From an uncultured delta proteobacterium (lineage in GTDB: Bacteria > Myxococcota > Kuafuiibacteriia > Kuafuiibacteriales > Kuafuiibacteriaceae): a stretch of DNA of 64,000 bases. Below, in pieces: positions 1 to 10,436 of the stretch. The notes under the pieces were generated by a model. It worked only from the letters and a program-made list of their open reading frames with translations, made no database searches and was not told where the DNA came from. The position numbers and the translations under genes were made by a program. How positions within the stretch are numbered: position 1 is the stretch's first letter; each line of letters opens with the position of its first letter. The stretch lies in assembly GCA_963803435.1 (NCBI GenBank), contig CAWDML010000001.1, forward strand, positions 480,001 through 544,000. Reading direction: 5' to 3'.

Positions 1-118
1 TAACCCATTAGCACTGCCCGCCGAACCGCGTCAAGACGCCTGGGCTCGATTCGATGGTGCGGGGATCGGATGGACTTCGATGGCCGCACCACCTCAGGTC
101 GAAGGCCGACGACCCGGC

Positions 119-880
119 TCAAGCTTTGAGACGGTAGCCCGTCTTGAAGATCCACCACACCAGCCCGAGGCACGGCGCCAGGAAGCAGAGCGTCATCGCC
201 AGGCTGATGCCGACGCCGACGTCGGAGACGTCGAAGAAGCTCCAGCGGAAGCCGCTGACCAGATAGACGACCGGATTGAACAGCGTGATCTTCTGCCAGA
301 GCGGCGGAAGCATCGAGATCGAGTAGAAGCTCCCGCCCAGGAACGTCAGCGGCGTGACCACCAGGATCGGGACCACCTGGAGCTTCTCGAAGCCGTCGGC
401 CCAGATGCCGATGATGAAGCCGAAGAGGCTGAAGGTGACCGAGGTAAGGACGAGGAAGCCGATCATCCAGACCGGATGAGCGACGTGGTAGGCGACGAAC
501 ATGCGCGCGGTGAGGAGGATGATCAACCCGAGGACGATCGACTTGGTGGCGGCGGCACCCACGTACCCGATCACGACCTCCAGCGCGGACACCGGCGCGG
601 AGAGGACCTCGTAGATGGTGCCCGACCACTTGGGCATGTAGATGCCGAACGAGGCGTTCGAGATGCTCTCCGTCAGGATCGAGAGCATCACCAGGCCGGG
701 GACGATGAAAGCCGCGTACTCGACGCCGTCGATCGCGGTCATTCGCGAGCCGATCGCCGAGCCGAACACGACGAAGTAGAGCGAGGTCGACACCACCGGA
801 GAGATCACGCTCTGCACCAGCGTTCGAAACCAGCGCGCCAACTCGAAGCGATAGATGGCCCTGATCGCGTAGACGTTCAT
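119..880 (-). CDS. ABC-2 type transporter permease (YadH-like)
   Basis: 253 aa, about 6 TM segments, YAAFIVPGL and [14 protein letters not shown] motifs; 4-bp overlap with the ATPase gene. Confidence 0.92.
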   Translation of the reverse strand: MNVYAIRAIYRFELARWFRTLVQSVISPVVSTSLYFVVFGSAIGSRMTAIDGVEYAAFIVPGLVMLSILTESISNASFGIYMPKWSGTIYEVLSAPVSALEVVIGYVGAAATKSIVLGLIILLTARMFVAYHVAHPVWMIGFLVLTSVTFSLFGFIIGIWADGFEKLQVVPILVVTPLTFLGGSFYSISMLPPLWQKITLFNPVVYLVSGFRWSFFDVSDVGVGISLAMTLCFLAPCLGLVWWIFKTGYRLKA

Positions 881-1803
881 GATCGCTCGCTCACCAGGCC
901 GACGAAGATGTCCTCGAGCGAGCTCTGCTTCGTCCTCAGATCCTTGAAGTCGATCCCGAGGTCGCTGAGCTGCCGCATCAGCGCGCCGATCCCGGTCTCG
1001 CGCCCCTGCGTGTCGAAGGTATAGATCAGCTGCGTTCCTCCTTCCGCGAGCTCCAGATGGTATTCCGACAGCGCCTCAGGGGTGCGCTCGAGCGCGCTCT
1101 GGAGCTGTAGGATGAGCTGCCTCTTGCCCAGCTTCGCCATCAACACCGCCTTGTCCTCGACCAGGATGATCTCGCCCTTGCTCATCACACCGATGCGGTC
1201 GGCCATCTCCTCGGCCTCCGCGATGTAGTGGGTGGTCAGGATGATCGTGACGCCCGAGGCTCTCAGGCCGCGGATCATCTCCCACATGTCGCGGCGCAGC
1301 TCGACGTCGACGCCGGCGGTGGGCTCGTCCAGGAACAGGATCTTCGGCTCGTGAGAGAGCGCCTTCGCGATCATCACCCGCCGCTTCATGCCTCCCGACA
1401 GCGTCTGGATCCGGTTGTCCTTCTTGTCCCAGAGGGAGAGATCCCTGAGCAGCTGCTCCATGCGGCCGTCGTCCTGCGGCAATCCGAAGAGCCCACGGCT
1501 GAAGCGCACGGTGTTCCAAACCGTCTCGAAGGCGTCCGTGGAGAGCTCCTGCGGCACCAGCCCGATCAGCCGCCGCGCCCGTCGAAAGTCTGCGATGACG
1601 TCGTAGCCGTCCGCGGTGACCATGCCGCTGCTCGGATTGACGACCCCGCAGATGATACTGATGAGCGTGGTCTTCCCGGCGCCGTTCGGGCCCAGCAAGG
1701 CGAAGATCTCACCGCTCTCGACCTCCAGGTTGATCTGCTTGAGCGCCTGGAAGCCGCCCTGGTACGTCTTCGTGAGATCGGTGATGGAGATGATCGGGCT
1801 CAA
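877..1803 (-). CDS. ABC transporter ATP-binding protein (YadG-like)
   Basis: Walker A GPNGAGKT, signature LSGGMKRR, Walker [10 protein letters not shown]-loop TTHY; TTG start. Confidence 0.93.
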   Translation of the reverse strand: MSPIISITDLTKTYQGGFQALKQINLEVESGEIFALLGPNGAGKTTLISIICGVVNPSSGMVTADGYDVIADFRRARRLIGLVPQELSTDAFETVWNTVRFSRGLFGLPQDDGRMEQLLRDLSLWDKKDNRIQTLSGGMKRRVMIAKALSHEPKILFLDEPTAGVDVELRRDMWEMIRGLRASGVTIILTTHYIAEAEEMADRIGVMSKGEIILVEDKAVLMAKLGKRQLILQLQSALERTPEALSEYHLELAEGGTQLIYTFDTQGRETGIGALMRQLSDLGIDFKDLRTKQSSLEDIFVGLVSERS

Positions 1804-1862
1804 ACGGCTTGCCTCGTAGCGCAGGCGGCCCGTTTCGTGAAGACCAACGCTCCCGCGGCGTC

Positions 1863-1900
1863 TTGACTTCGCAGTATCCTCATAATATTACCACCATACT
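1863..1900. promoter_or_regulatory. Putative -35 box (TTGACT, 1863-1868) and symmetric TetR-type operator AGTAT-N5-TAATATTA-N5-ATACT (1873-1900)
   Basis: AT-rich dyad in the divergent intergenic region, ending immediately before the tetR ATG. Confidence 0.6.
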
Positions 1901-2515
1901 ATGAGCGCGGGCCCGGGAAGCGCCAAGGCGGAGCAGAAGGAGCGCTCGCACCAGACGATCCTGGAGTCGGCGTCGTGTCTGATCCGCGAGAAGGGCATCG
2001 CCGGCGCTCGGGTCGCAGACGTCATGAGAGGCGCAGGGCTCACGGTCGGTGGCTTCTACGCTCACTTCTCTTCCAAGGAGGAGCTGGTCAAGCAGGCCCT
2101 TCGCCGGACCGGGGATCAGCTCCGGACACGGCTGTTCTCCCGGCTGGAGGAGAAGCCCGAAGAAGCGCGTGCCGAGATCGTTCTCAAGCGGTACCTGTCG
2201 GCGGCCCATCGCGACGACTTCGCGCGGGGCTGTGCGATGCCCGCGGTGGTCGGTGAGATCGGAACGACCGCGCCCGAGCACGCCGACGTATTGAGCGAAC
2301 AGCTCGATCTCTTCGCGCGGGAGCTCGAGCAACGTCTGCCGAAGACCCGGTCGGCCGAGAGCCGCACGCCCTCCAACCGGAACCTGGCGATCGGGCTCGT
2401 CGCCCTGATGTACGGCGGGATCACGCTATCGCGCGCGCTCCGCGGGACCCCGCTCTCCGATGAAATCCTTCGCGCCTGCCGCGCCGTCGGCGCGTTCGTC
2501 GCGCGCAGCCCATGA
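1901..2515 (+). CDS. TetR/AcrR family transcriptional regulator
   Basis: N-terminal HTH VADVMRGAGLTVGGFYAHFSSKEEL; C-terminal YLSAAHRD...GC motif. Confidence 0.93.
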   Translation: MSAGPGSAKAEQKERSHQTILESASCLIREKGIAGARVADVMRGAGLTVGGFYAHFSSKEELVKQALRRTGDQLRTRLFSRLEEKPEEARAEIVLKRYLSAAHRDDFARGCAMPAVVGEIGTTAPEHADVLSEQLDLFARELEQRLPKTRSAESRTPSNRNLAIGLVALMYGGITLSRALRGTPLSDEILRACRAVGAFVARSP

Positions 2516-2530
2516 GGAAGAGGTCAGATC

Positions 2531-3763
<1,233 letters not shown>

Positions 3764-3777
3764 TAGGTTCGCCGCCC

Positions 3778-4401
3778 ATGAGTCTGGTTCTTCATTACCA
3801 TCCGTTCTCACGCGCCACGACCGTGGTGTGGATGCTCGAGGAGGTCGGGCAACCGTACGAGCTTCGCTACGTCGATCTGAAAGCGGGTGAGCAGCGGCAG
3901 CCCGCGTTCCGCGCGATCAACCCGATGGGAAAGATCCCGGTGCTCACCGACGGAGACACCGTGGTCACCGAGGTCGCCGCGATCGGGCTCTACCTCGCCG
4001 ATCGATACGCGCTCGGGACGCTCGCCCCGCCGCCGGACGCCCCGGAGCGCGGCACGTATCTCCGCTGGAGCGTCTATCCGCCCTCGGTCATCGAGCCCGG
4101 TGCGATGGCCAAGGCCGCCGACTGGAAGTTCGGCGTCGGTCAGGCCGGCTGGGGGGACTACGAGTCGATGCTCACGACGATCGAGCACGCCATCGGCGAC
4201 GGCCCCTGGCTGCTCGGTGAAAGGTTCAGCATGGCCGACGTCATCCTCGGATCGACCGTCCGCTTCATGCTGCGCTTCAAGATGCTGGAGCCCCGGCCGC
4301 GCTTCACGGAGTACGTCGAGCGGCTCTCCAGCCGCCCGGCGTCGCAGGCGGCCGACGCAAAGCACGCCGCCATCACCGCCGAGCGCGGCCTGGGCGGCTG
4401 A
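3778..4401 (+). CDS. Glutathione S-transferase family protein
   Basis: [29 protein letters not shown]; start placed at ATG 3778 ([12 protein letters not shown]). Confidence 0.9.
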   Translation: MSLVLHYHPFSRATTVVWMLEEVGQPYELRYVDLKAGEQRQPAFRAINPMGKIPVLTDGDTVVTEVAAIGLYLADRYALGTLAPPPDAPERGTYLRWSVYPPSVIEPGAMAKAADWKFGVGQAGWGDYESMLTTIEHAIGDGPWLLGERFSMADVILGSTVRFMLRFKMLEPRPRFTEYVERLSSRPASQAADAKHAAITAERGLGG

Positions 4402-4403
4402 CC

Positions 4404-6863
4404 TCACTCCGGACGAAACGCGGCCTCGAGCTCCCGTCCGATCCGGCGGCGATCGATCCGATGGTGGCTCAGGAACCGGCGACCCGCGACGATCCTCCAC
4501 CAAGCGCCCACCAGCGCGTTGACCATGCGATCCGACTCGGCGCGCGACGCAGGCGCTGGATAGCGATGGCCGCCGTCGAGCTTCATCTGCGCCTCGAGGA
4601 CCGGGAGCACGATGGCCGCCAGCGGTCCGCTCGGGGGCGGGACGTCGTTGCGCGCCGGCTGGATCAGGAAGACGTTCGACTCACGCTCGGCGAGGTCGCG
4701 GCTGGTGAGGTGACGCCCCAGCTGGTAGCCCTCCTCCGGGTACGGCGCGCGCTTCGGCAGGGCCCAGAACCAAGCGCCCACCGTGCCGCGGCGCGACCCG
4801 ATGCGGGCCGGCGTTCCCTCGCTGTTGAGGTCCAGGGAGACTCCGAGCGGGAGCACCGAGACCGAGAGGTCCCGCCGGATCTCCTCGGGCGCGGCCTCGT
4901 AGAGGAGATCGATCCCCAGGCTGTGCATGCGCGTGAGATAGATGTCCCCCGCGGCCATCGCGTCCTCGACCGCGCGGCCCGTGATCACCTCGTCCTTGTC
5001 GAACATGCGATCCCGGTACAGCTCGAGCTCGCGGAAGAGCGCCTCCCATTCGAAGAGATCGATCATCGACTCGGTGGGCGCGAGCGTGACGCGGCTGTCG
5101 ACGCTGAGCGCGCTCAGTCGATCGTAGAGCGTGTTGAACGTGCCAATGTAGAGATAGCTCCGATTGAGAAGCCGCGGCGCCGCCTGCCCGTTCTCGCCGG
5201 TGCGCGACCAGTAGTAGCCGGCGACCAGCAGATCGTACGAGTCCCACTCCGCGGGATCGTCCTCGAGCCGGTAATCGCGCGGTAGCCCGTGACCGGTCAG
5301 ACCTACCAGGGCCTCCTCGAGCGGGCCTCTCAGCGCGGTCCAGTGCGCGACGACTTCGGCTACCCGCGACTTGCGGTACAGCAGGATCGAGGTCTCGAGC
5401 TTGCGCGGCAGCCCGTACAACCGGAGCGCCACGTGGTCCGGCACCATCGCCAGGTCGAGCGCGAGCGGCTGAAACGAGGCGAGCAGTGCTTCGAGCTCGG
5501 CATCCCGGCCGCGGTCCTTGAGGTAGACGTCGATCGGTACGATCAGGTCGGACTCGACCAGCGGGCGCAGCATGCTCTCTTCGACCTTCACCAGGCTCAC
5601 CGTTGGGTCGGCGCGAAGGTCGTCCTCGACGTCCTGAACCGAGCGGTAGCGTGAGATCGGCACCTCGAAGCCGTGCGCCTCACCGAAGGGGATCAGCGCC
5701 TCCTTTCGGATCCAGTCCTCTTGCTCCGTCATCATCCGCAGCATCACGTGCAGCCGCGGGAGCGGCGCCAGGACGTGATAGGTGACGCCGCCTGCGATCA
5801 GAGCCACCAGGAGGAGCAGCCCCAGCTTGACGAGCCGCGAGAGCGACGGCGGAGCCGGAGCCAGCAGCTTCGTGGCCGGCTCGCCGCTGGACACGGTCGC
5901 GTGCGCGGCGGTCGGAACCTCGGCGACCCGCGTCGCCTCCCTCTCGGGCAGGAGATGCGAGCCGAGGTGTCTCCGGAGCGACTCTGCGGACAGCTCGACG
6001 TTGCGTGCGCGACAGGTCTCCTTCAGCGACTCCAGGAAGGCACGCGCGGAGCGAAAGCGCTGCGCCGGATCGAGCGCCATGGCGGTCTCGATCATCGCCG
6101 CGATCGCGGGAGGGATCGCGGGATCGACCTCGCGCGGGCGGACGTAGTTGCCCTCCGCGATGTCGGTGAGCAAACCCATGTCGCTGCCGTCGCGGAACGG
6201 GTGCTCGTTCGTGATCAGCTCGTAGAGCACCGTACCGGCCGCGTAGATGTCGCTCTTCTGATCGACGCCCTGCCGCTTCACGTACTCGGGGGCCATGTAG
6301 CGATACTTGCCCTTCAGGCTCCCGGTCGCCGTGCGCGAGCTGCCCGCAGCCTTGGCGATACCGAAATCCGCGAGCTTCACCTCGCCCTCGAAGGACAGGA
6401 GGATGTTCTGCGGGCTGACGTCGCGATGGACGATCTGGAGGGCCCGTCCCTCGGCATCCGTCTTCTCGTGCGCGTATCGGAGCGACTCGAGGAGCTGCGA
6501 GAAGACGAAGAGGGCCGCGCTCTCGGGGATCTTGACGCCGGACTCGCGGGCCTTCTTGAGCACGTATCCGAGATCCCGGCCGCGAACGTACTCCATCGCG
6601 ATGAAGTGCACGCCGTCGGCGCAGTCGAAGTCGAACACCTGGACGATGTTGGGATGCTCGAGCTTCGAAGCCAGCCGCGCCTCGTCGACGAACATCCGGA
6701 CGAAGGTCTCGTCTTCGGCGATGTCCGGGAGGATGCGCTTGATGATCAGCTCCTTCGCGAAGCCCTCGGCGCCGTAGGTGGCCGCGCGGAACACCTCGGC
6801 CATCCCGCCCACGGCGATGCGCTCGAGGAGGACGTACTTGCCCAGTCGGAAGCCGTCGATCAT
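4404..6863 (-). CDS. Membrane Ser/Thr protein kinase with C-terminal extracytoplasmic solute-binding-protein-like domain
   Basis: IAVGGMAEV, HRDVSPQN, DFG, APE; one TM (LGLLLLVALIAGGVTY); C-terminal LYGLPRKLETSILLYRK and GAWFWALPK resemble family 1 SBPs. Confidence 0.85.
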   Translation of the reverse strand: MIDGFRLGKYVLLERIAVGGMAEVFRAATYGAEGFAKELIIKRILPDIAEDETFVRMFVDEARLASKLEHPNIVQVFDFDCADGVHFIAMEYVRGRDLGYVLKKARESGVKIPESAALFVFSQLLESLRYAHEKTDAEGRALQIVHRDVSPQNILLSFEGEVKLADFGIAKAAGSSRTATGSLKGKYRYMAPEYVKRQGVDQKSDIYAAGTVLYELITNEHPFRDGSDMGLLTDIAEGNYVRPREVDPAIPPAIAAMIETAMALDPAQRFRSARAFLESLKETCRARNVELSAESLRRHLGSHLLPEREATRVAEVPTAAHATVSSGEPATKLLAPAPPSLSRLVKLGLLLLVALIAGGVTYHVLAPLPRLHVMLRMMTEQEDWIRKEALIPFGEAHGFEVPISRYRSVQDVEDDLRADPTVSLVKVEESMLRPLVESDLIVPIDVYLKDRGRDAELEALLASFQPLALDLAMVPDHVALRLYGLPRKLETSILLYRKSRVAEVVAHWTALRGPLEEALVGLTGHGLPRDYRLEDDPAEWDSYDLLVAGYYWSRTGENGQAAPRLLNRSYLYIGTFNTLYDRLSALSVDSRVTLAPTESMIDLFEWEALFRELELYRDRMFDKDEVITGRAVEDAMAAGDIYLTRMHSLGIDLLYEAAPEEIRRDLSVSVLPLGVSLDLNSEGTPARIGSRRGTVGAWFWALPKRAPYPEEGYQLGRHLTSRDLAERESNVFLIQPARNDVPPPSGPLAAIVLPVLEAQMKLDGGHRYPAPASRAESDRMVNALVGAWWRIVAGRRFLSHHRIDRRRIGRELEAAFRPE

Positions 6864-7031
6864 CCGGCCCGGTCATTCTCGCAGGATCTCCCGAGAATCG
6901 GGAGCCCGCGCATCAGCGATCGCGCGGTGTTTGGGCGAGCGGCGAGGTCGGGGAGAGGGAACGAACCTGGATCCTCCGGCCGTGGGTCATCGGCCTGGAC
7001 CGACTATCCGGGAGCGAGCCGCTGTAATCAC

Positions 7032-7856
7032 TTACCGAGGCGCGCGCTGTAACCTGCGGACCTTCTCGATCTCGCGCGTCGCGAGCCACGCGAAGAGCCA
7101 CGGAGCGGCGCGCGCGACCCACCAGCCGATCTTTCCCAGGTTCGTGACCACGATGATCGCGCGGTTGTTAGACACACCGCGCAAGATGTCCGACGCACAT
7201 CGGTCTACCTGGTACGGCGCCATCGGCAGGTTGGCGTCGAGGATCGCGCGGTCGAGGCTCACGACCCGGTTCGCCTGCAGCATCGGAGTGTCGATGATTC
7301 CCGGACACACCACGCTGACACGAACGCCCGCGCGCTTCGCCTCGATTCGCAAGCCCGTGGAGAGCCCCACGACCGCGTGCTTGGTGGTCGAGTAGCCGAC
7401 CATCATCGGTGTAGGCGCGAGGCCCGCCACCGAGGCCGTGTTGACGATGTGACCGAACCCCTGGCGCACCATCACCGGATACGCCGCCAGCACCCCGTGG
7501 AGGACACCGCGGAGGTTCACGTCGATCATCCAGTTCCAGTCCTCGATCGGCATGTCGTGCACCTCACCGATCGAGGCCACGCCTGCGTTGTTGAACATGA
7601 AGTCGATCCGACCGTGCGCGCGAGCGGTGTCGTCGACCAGCGCGCGGACCGCGCCCGGGTCGGTGACGTCGACCTCCACCCCGGACGCCTTCCCGCCCGA
7701 CGCCTCGATCACCCGCGCGGTCTCGAGCGCGCGCGCCCCGTCGAGGTCAGCGAGGATGACGGTGGCTCCGCGCGCGGCGAGCTGCTGGCCGACGGCGCGG
7801 CCAATCCCGGAGGCACCACCGGTGACGATCGCGATCCGACTCTCGAAGATTCCCAC
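7032..7856 (-). CDS. SDR family NAD(P)-dependent oxidoreductase
   Basis: TGGASGIG, NNAG, YSTTK. Confidence 0.93.
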   Translation of the reverse strand: MGIFESRIAIVTGGASGIGRAVGQQLAARGATVILADLDGARALETARVIEASGGKASGVEVDVTDPGAVRALVDDTARAHGRIDFMFNNAGVASIGEVHDMPIEDWNWMIDVNLRGVLHGVLAAYPVMVRQGFGHIVNTASVAGLAPTPMMVGYSTTKHAVVGLSTGLRIEAKRAGVRVSVVCPGIIDTPMLQANRVVSLDRAILDANLPMAPYQVDRCASDILRGVSNNRAIIVVTNLGKIGWWVARAAPWLFAWLATREIEKVRRLQRAPR

Positions 7857-7899
7857 GGCGGGGACCTGTACACCGCCCGCCCCGCACGTGCCATGGACC

Positions 7900-9120
7900 T
7901 CATCGCGGAGGAGCGTGAGGCGTGTGCCAGGTCCGCCAGCCGGACGAGCCTTCCTCCGAATGGAGCTCGATCCAGCGCGCGACGTCCTGACGCCTCAGCA
8001 CGCCGGCGAGGCCACCGCTGTCGACGACCAGCAGCTCGTCTACATCCTCCGTCGCGAGCTTGCGCAGCGCCTGGTACGCGTCGGCGTCCACGGAGACGCT
8101 GGGATACTCGGCGACCGGCGTCGCGACGGTCCGGATCGGTGTCGAGATCCAGTCGGCCTTCGGGACCTTTCGCACCGCCTCGGACGTGACCACCGCGGTG
8201 ATCGCGCCGTTCTCGCGGACGGGGAAGAGGCGCTCGCCCGAGCTCATCAGCCGATCCACCAGCTCGTCCACTGAGAGCGAGGCCTCGACCGGCGCCGGAA
8301 CCTGCCGGCGCATGAGACGAGACACCGGGACGTCGGCGAGCAGATCCCGGACGATCAGCTCCCGATAGCTGGCGGAGGCGGCGCTGCTGAGGAACCAGCC
8401 GATGAACGCCATCCAGATGCCACCGATGAATCCGCCACCGATGATCGGGAAGACGAAGCCGAAGACCATCGCGATCCCGAACACGATCAGGAGCCAGCCG
8501 AACGCCTGGCCCACCCGGGCGGCCCATCGCGTCGCGGTGCGGATGTCATCGGTCGACGCCCAGAAGATCGCGCGGAGGACCCGCCCGCCGTCGAGAGGGA
8601 ACGCCGGGATGAGGTTGAACAGGCCGATGAAGATGTTGATCGGTCCCAGCCAGGCGAGGAGCGTCCCGACCGGCCCGAGCGAACGGACGAGCTCGCTCGC
8701 GTCGGTCGCGTTCCGGGCTGCCGGCGAGAGCTCCGCGAGAAAGGCGAAGGCGAAGCCGAGCACGATGCTGGTGATGGGGCCGATGATCGCCATCAGCGCT
8801 TCCACCTTGGGCGAGTCCGGCTCCCGCTCGATGCTCGAGACACCACCGAAGAGGAACAAGGTGATGTTGCGGATGGGGATGCCGTAGGCCCGCGCGACCA
8901 GCGAGTGCGCTAGCTCGTGTGCGAGGATCGAGGCGAAGAAGATGACGGTCGCGAAGAACGCGACCACCCACGACTCCAGCATCGACCAGTCGGGATGCCA
9001 GGCGGGAAAGACGCCGGCGCCGAGGTTGAACAACAACAGGAGGAAGATGACGATGAGGCTGAAGTCCAGCCCAATTCGGATTCCGCTGATGCTCCCGATC
9101 CGTATGCCCTTCCCCAGCAT
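7900..9120 (-). CDS. Site-2 protease (M50) with CBS domain pair
   Basis: HELAH and NLIPAFPLDGG; C-terminal CBS-like region; start placed at MLGKGIRIG. Confidence 0.9.
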   Translation of the reverse strand: MLGKGIRIGSISGIRIGLDFSLIVIFLLLLFNLGAGVFPAWHPDWSMLESWVVAFFATVIFFASILAHELAHSLVARAYGIPIRNITLFLFGGVSSIEREPDSPKVEALMAIIGPITSIVLGFAFAFLAELSPAARNATDASELVRSLGPVGTLLAWLGPINIFIGLFNLIPAFPLDGGRVLRAIFWASTDDIRTATRWAARVGQAFGWLLIVFGIAMVFGFVFPIIGGGFIGGIWMAFIGWFLSSAASASYRELIVRDLLADVPVSRLMRRQVPAPVEASLSVDELVDRLMSSGERLFPVRENGAITAVVTSEAVRKVPKADWISTPIRTVATPVAEYPSVSVDADAYQALRKLATEDVDELLVVDSGGLAGVLRRQDVARWIELHSEEGSSGWRTWHTPHAPPR

Positions 9121-9323
9121 GGCTTGCACGACTCCTCTCTCGATCTCCGTCTGAACCGGTGCAGGTCCCGGGCCGGTTCGTTCCGGCGACGGACTCGGGC
9201 GCCGCGCGTCAACTCGCCGCGAGCGTGTCGTCCGGCCGCGGACAGAACGGCTTCCGGCGGGCCCCAACGTGAAACGAGCTGCCGGCGCGGCGCTTGCGAG
9301 CGACTCCGGTGGGAGGACGCGGT

Positions 9324-10436
9324 GTGAAAGGCAAAGCCGTTGCACCCCGCGTGCTCGCGTCCCTGATCGTCGCGGCCGCCGGATCTGCGTGTCATCACCG
9401 ACCGCCCCCGCCCCCTGAGCCAGTGCCGGTGCAAACGGCGGTCAGCGAGACCGATCGAGTGCCGCGCACCATCTCGGCCGTGGGACAGGCCAGCGCCCGA
9501 CTCGACGTCATCGTGAGGCCTCAAGTGACCGGAAAGTTGACCGCGGTCTTGATCGAGCACGGGCAGCAGGTGAAGAAGGGTGAGCTCCTCTTCCAGATCG
9601 ATCGCCGTCCTCTCGAAGCCGAGCTCTCTCGCGCCCGCGCCACCTTGAGGAAGGACATCGCCGAGGCGAGAAACGCCGAGACCCAGGCCCGTCGCTACCA
9701 GGAGCTCCGCGCCAAGAACTTCGTCTCTCAATCGGATGCCGACCAATATCGGACGGCGGCGGCCTCCGCGCGAGGAGTCGTGGGTGCGGATCGGGCGCAG
9801 GTCGCGCAGGCTGCCCTGCAGCTCGGGTACGCGTCGATCCGCTCCCCGATCGACGGGCGGACCGGGCTCGTCCTGGTCGACCGGGGAAATCTCGTCGAGG
9901 CGAACACCACGCAGCTCGTCGACATCCGCCGGCTCGACCCGATCTACGTGGACTTTACCGTCCCCTCGGAGAACCTCGCTGAGGTCCAGAGTGAGCAGGC
10001 CCGCGGGCCCCTCGAAGTGAGCGCGCGGCCGCGCGGCGATCCCTCGGCACCACCAATCTCGGGCAAGCTCACGTTCGTCGACAACCACGTCGACCAGGCG
10101 ACCGGGACGGTGCTCCTGCGCGCCACCGTCGACAACCCGGACAACATCCTCTGGCCGGGCGAGTTCCTCGACGTGCGGCTGGTCCTGGCCGTGGAAAAAG
10201 CAGTGGTCGTTCCCAGCCAGGCGGTCCAGCGCGGACAGAAGGGGACCTACGTCTTCGTGGTGAAACAGGACCAGACCGTCGAGGAGCGCGCCGTCACCAT
10301 CGGGACGCGCACCGACGAGGACACGGTCGTGAAGAGCGGGCTCCGCGCAGGCGAGCGCGTCGTCACCGACGGACAGCTGGCCCTCAGCCAGGGCACACGG
10401 GTCCGGATCGAGCGCCCGGCGGTGGCCACACCGTGA
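9324..10436 (+). CDS. RND efflux periplasmic adaptor subunit (MdtA-like lipoprotein)
   Basis: Lipobox GSAC, IRSPIDGRTG, DNHVDQATGT, LWPGEF; GGAGG before GTG 9324. Confidence 0.9.
   Translation: MKGKAVAPRVLASLIVAAAGSACHHRPPPPPEPVPVQTAVSETDRVPRTISAVGQASARLDVIVRPQVTGKLTAVLIEHGQQVKKGELLFQIDRRPLEAELSRARATLRKDIAEARNAETQARRYQELRAKNFVSQSDADQYRTAAASARGVVGADRAQVAQAALQLGYASIRSPIDGRTGLVLVDRGNLVEANTTQLVDIRRLDPIYVDFTVPSENLAEVQSEQARGPLEVSARPRGDPSAPPISGKLTFVDNHVDQATGTVLLRATVDNPDNILWPGEFLDVRLVLAVEKAVVVPSQAVQRGQKGTYVFVVKQDQTVEERAVTIGTRTDEDTVVKSGLRAGERVVTDGQLALSQGTRVRIERPAVATP

Noticed and set aside
1-40. Leftward sigma-70-like promoter (TTGACG ... TGCTAATGG on the minus strand)
   Set aside because: The -10 match is weak and the target gene lies outside the window.
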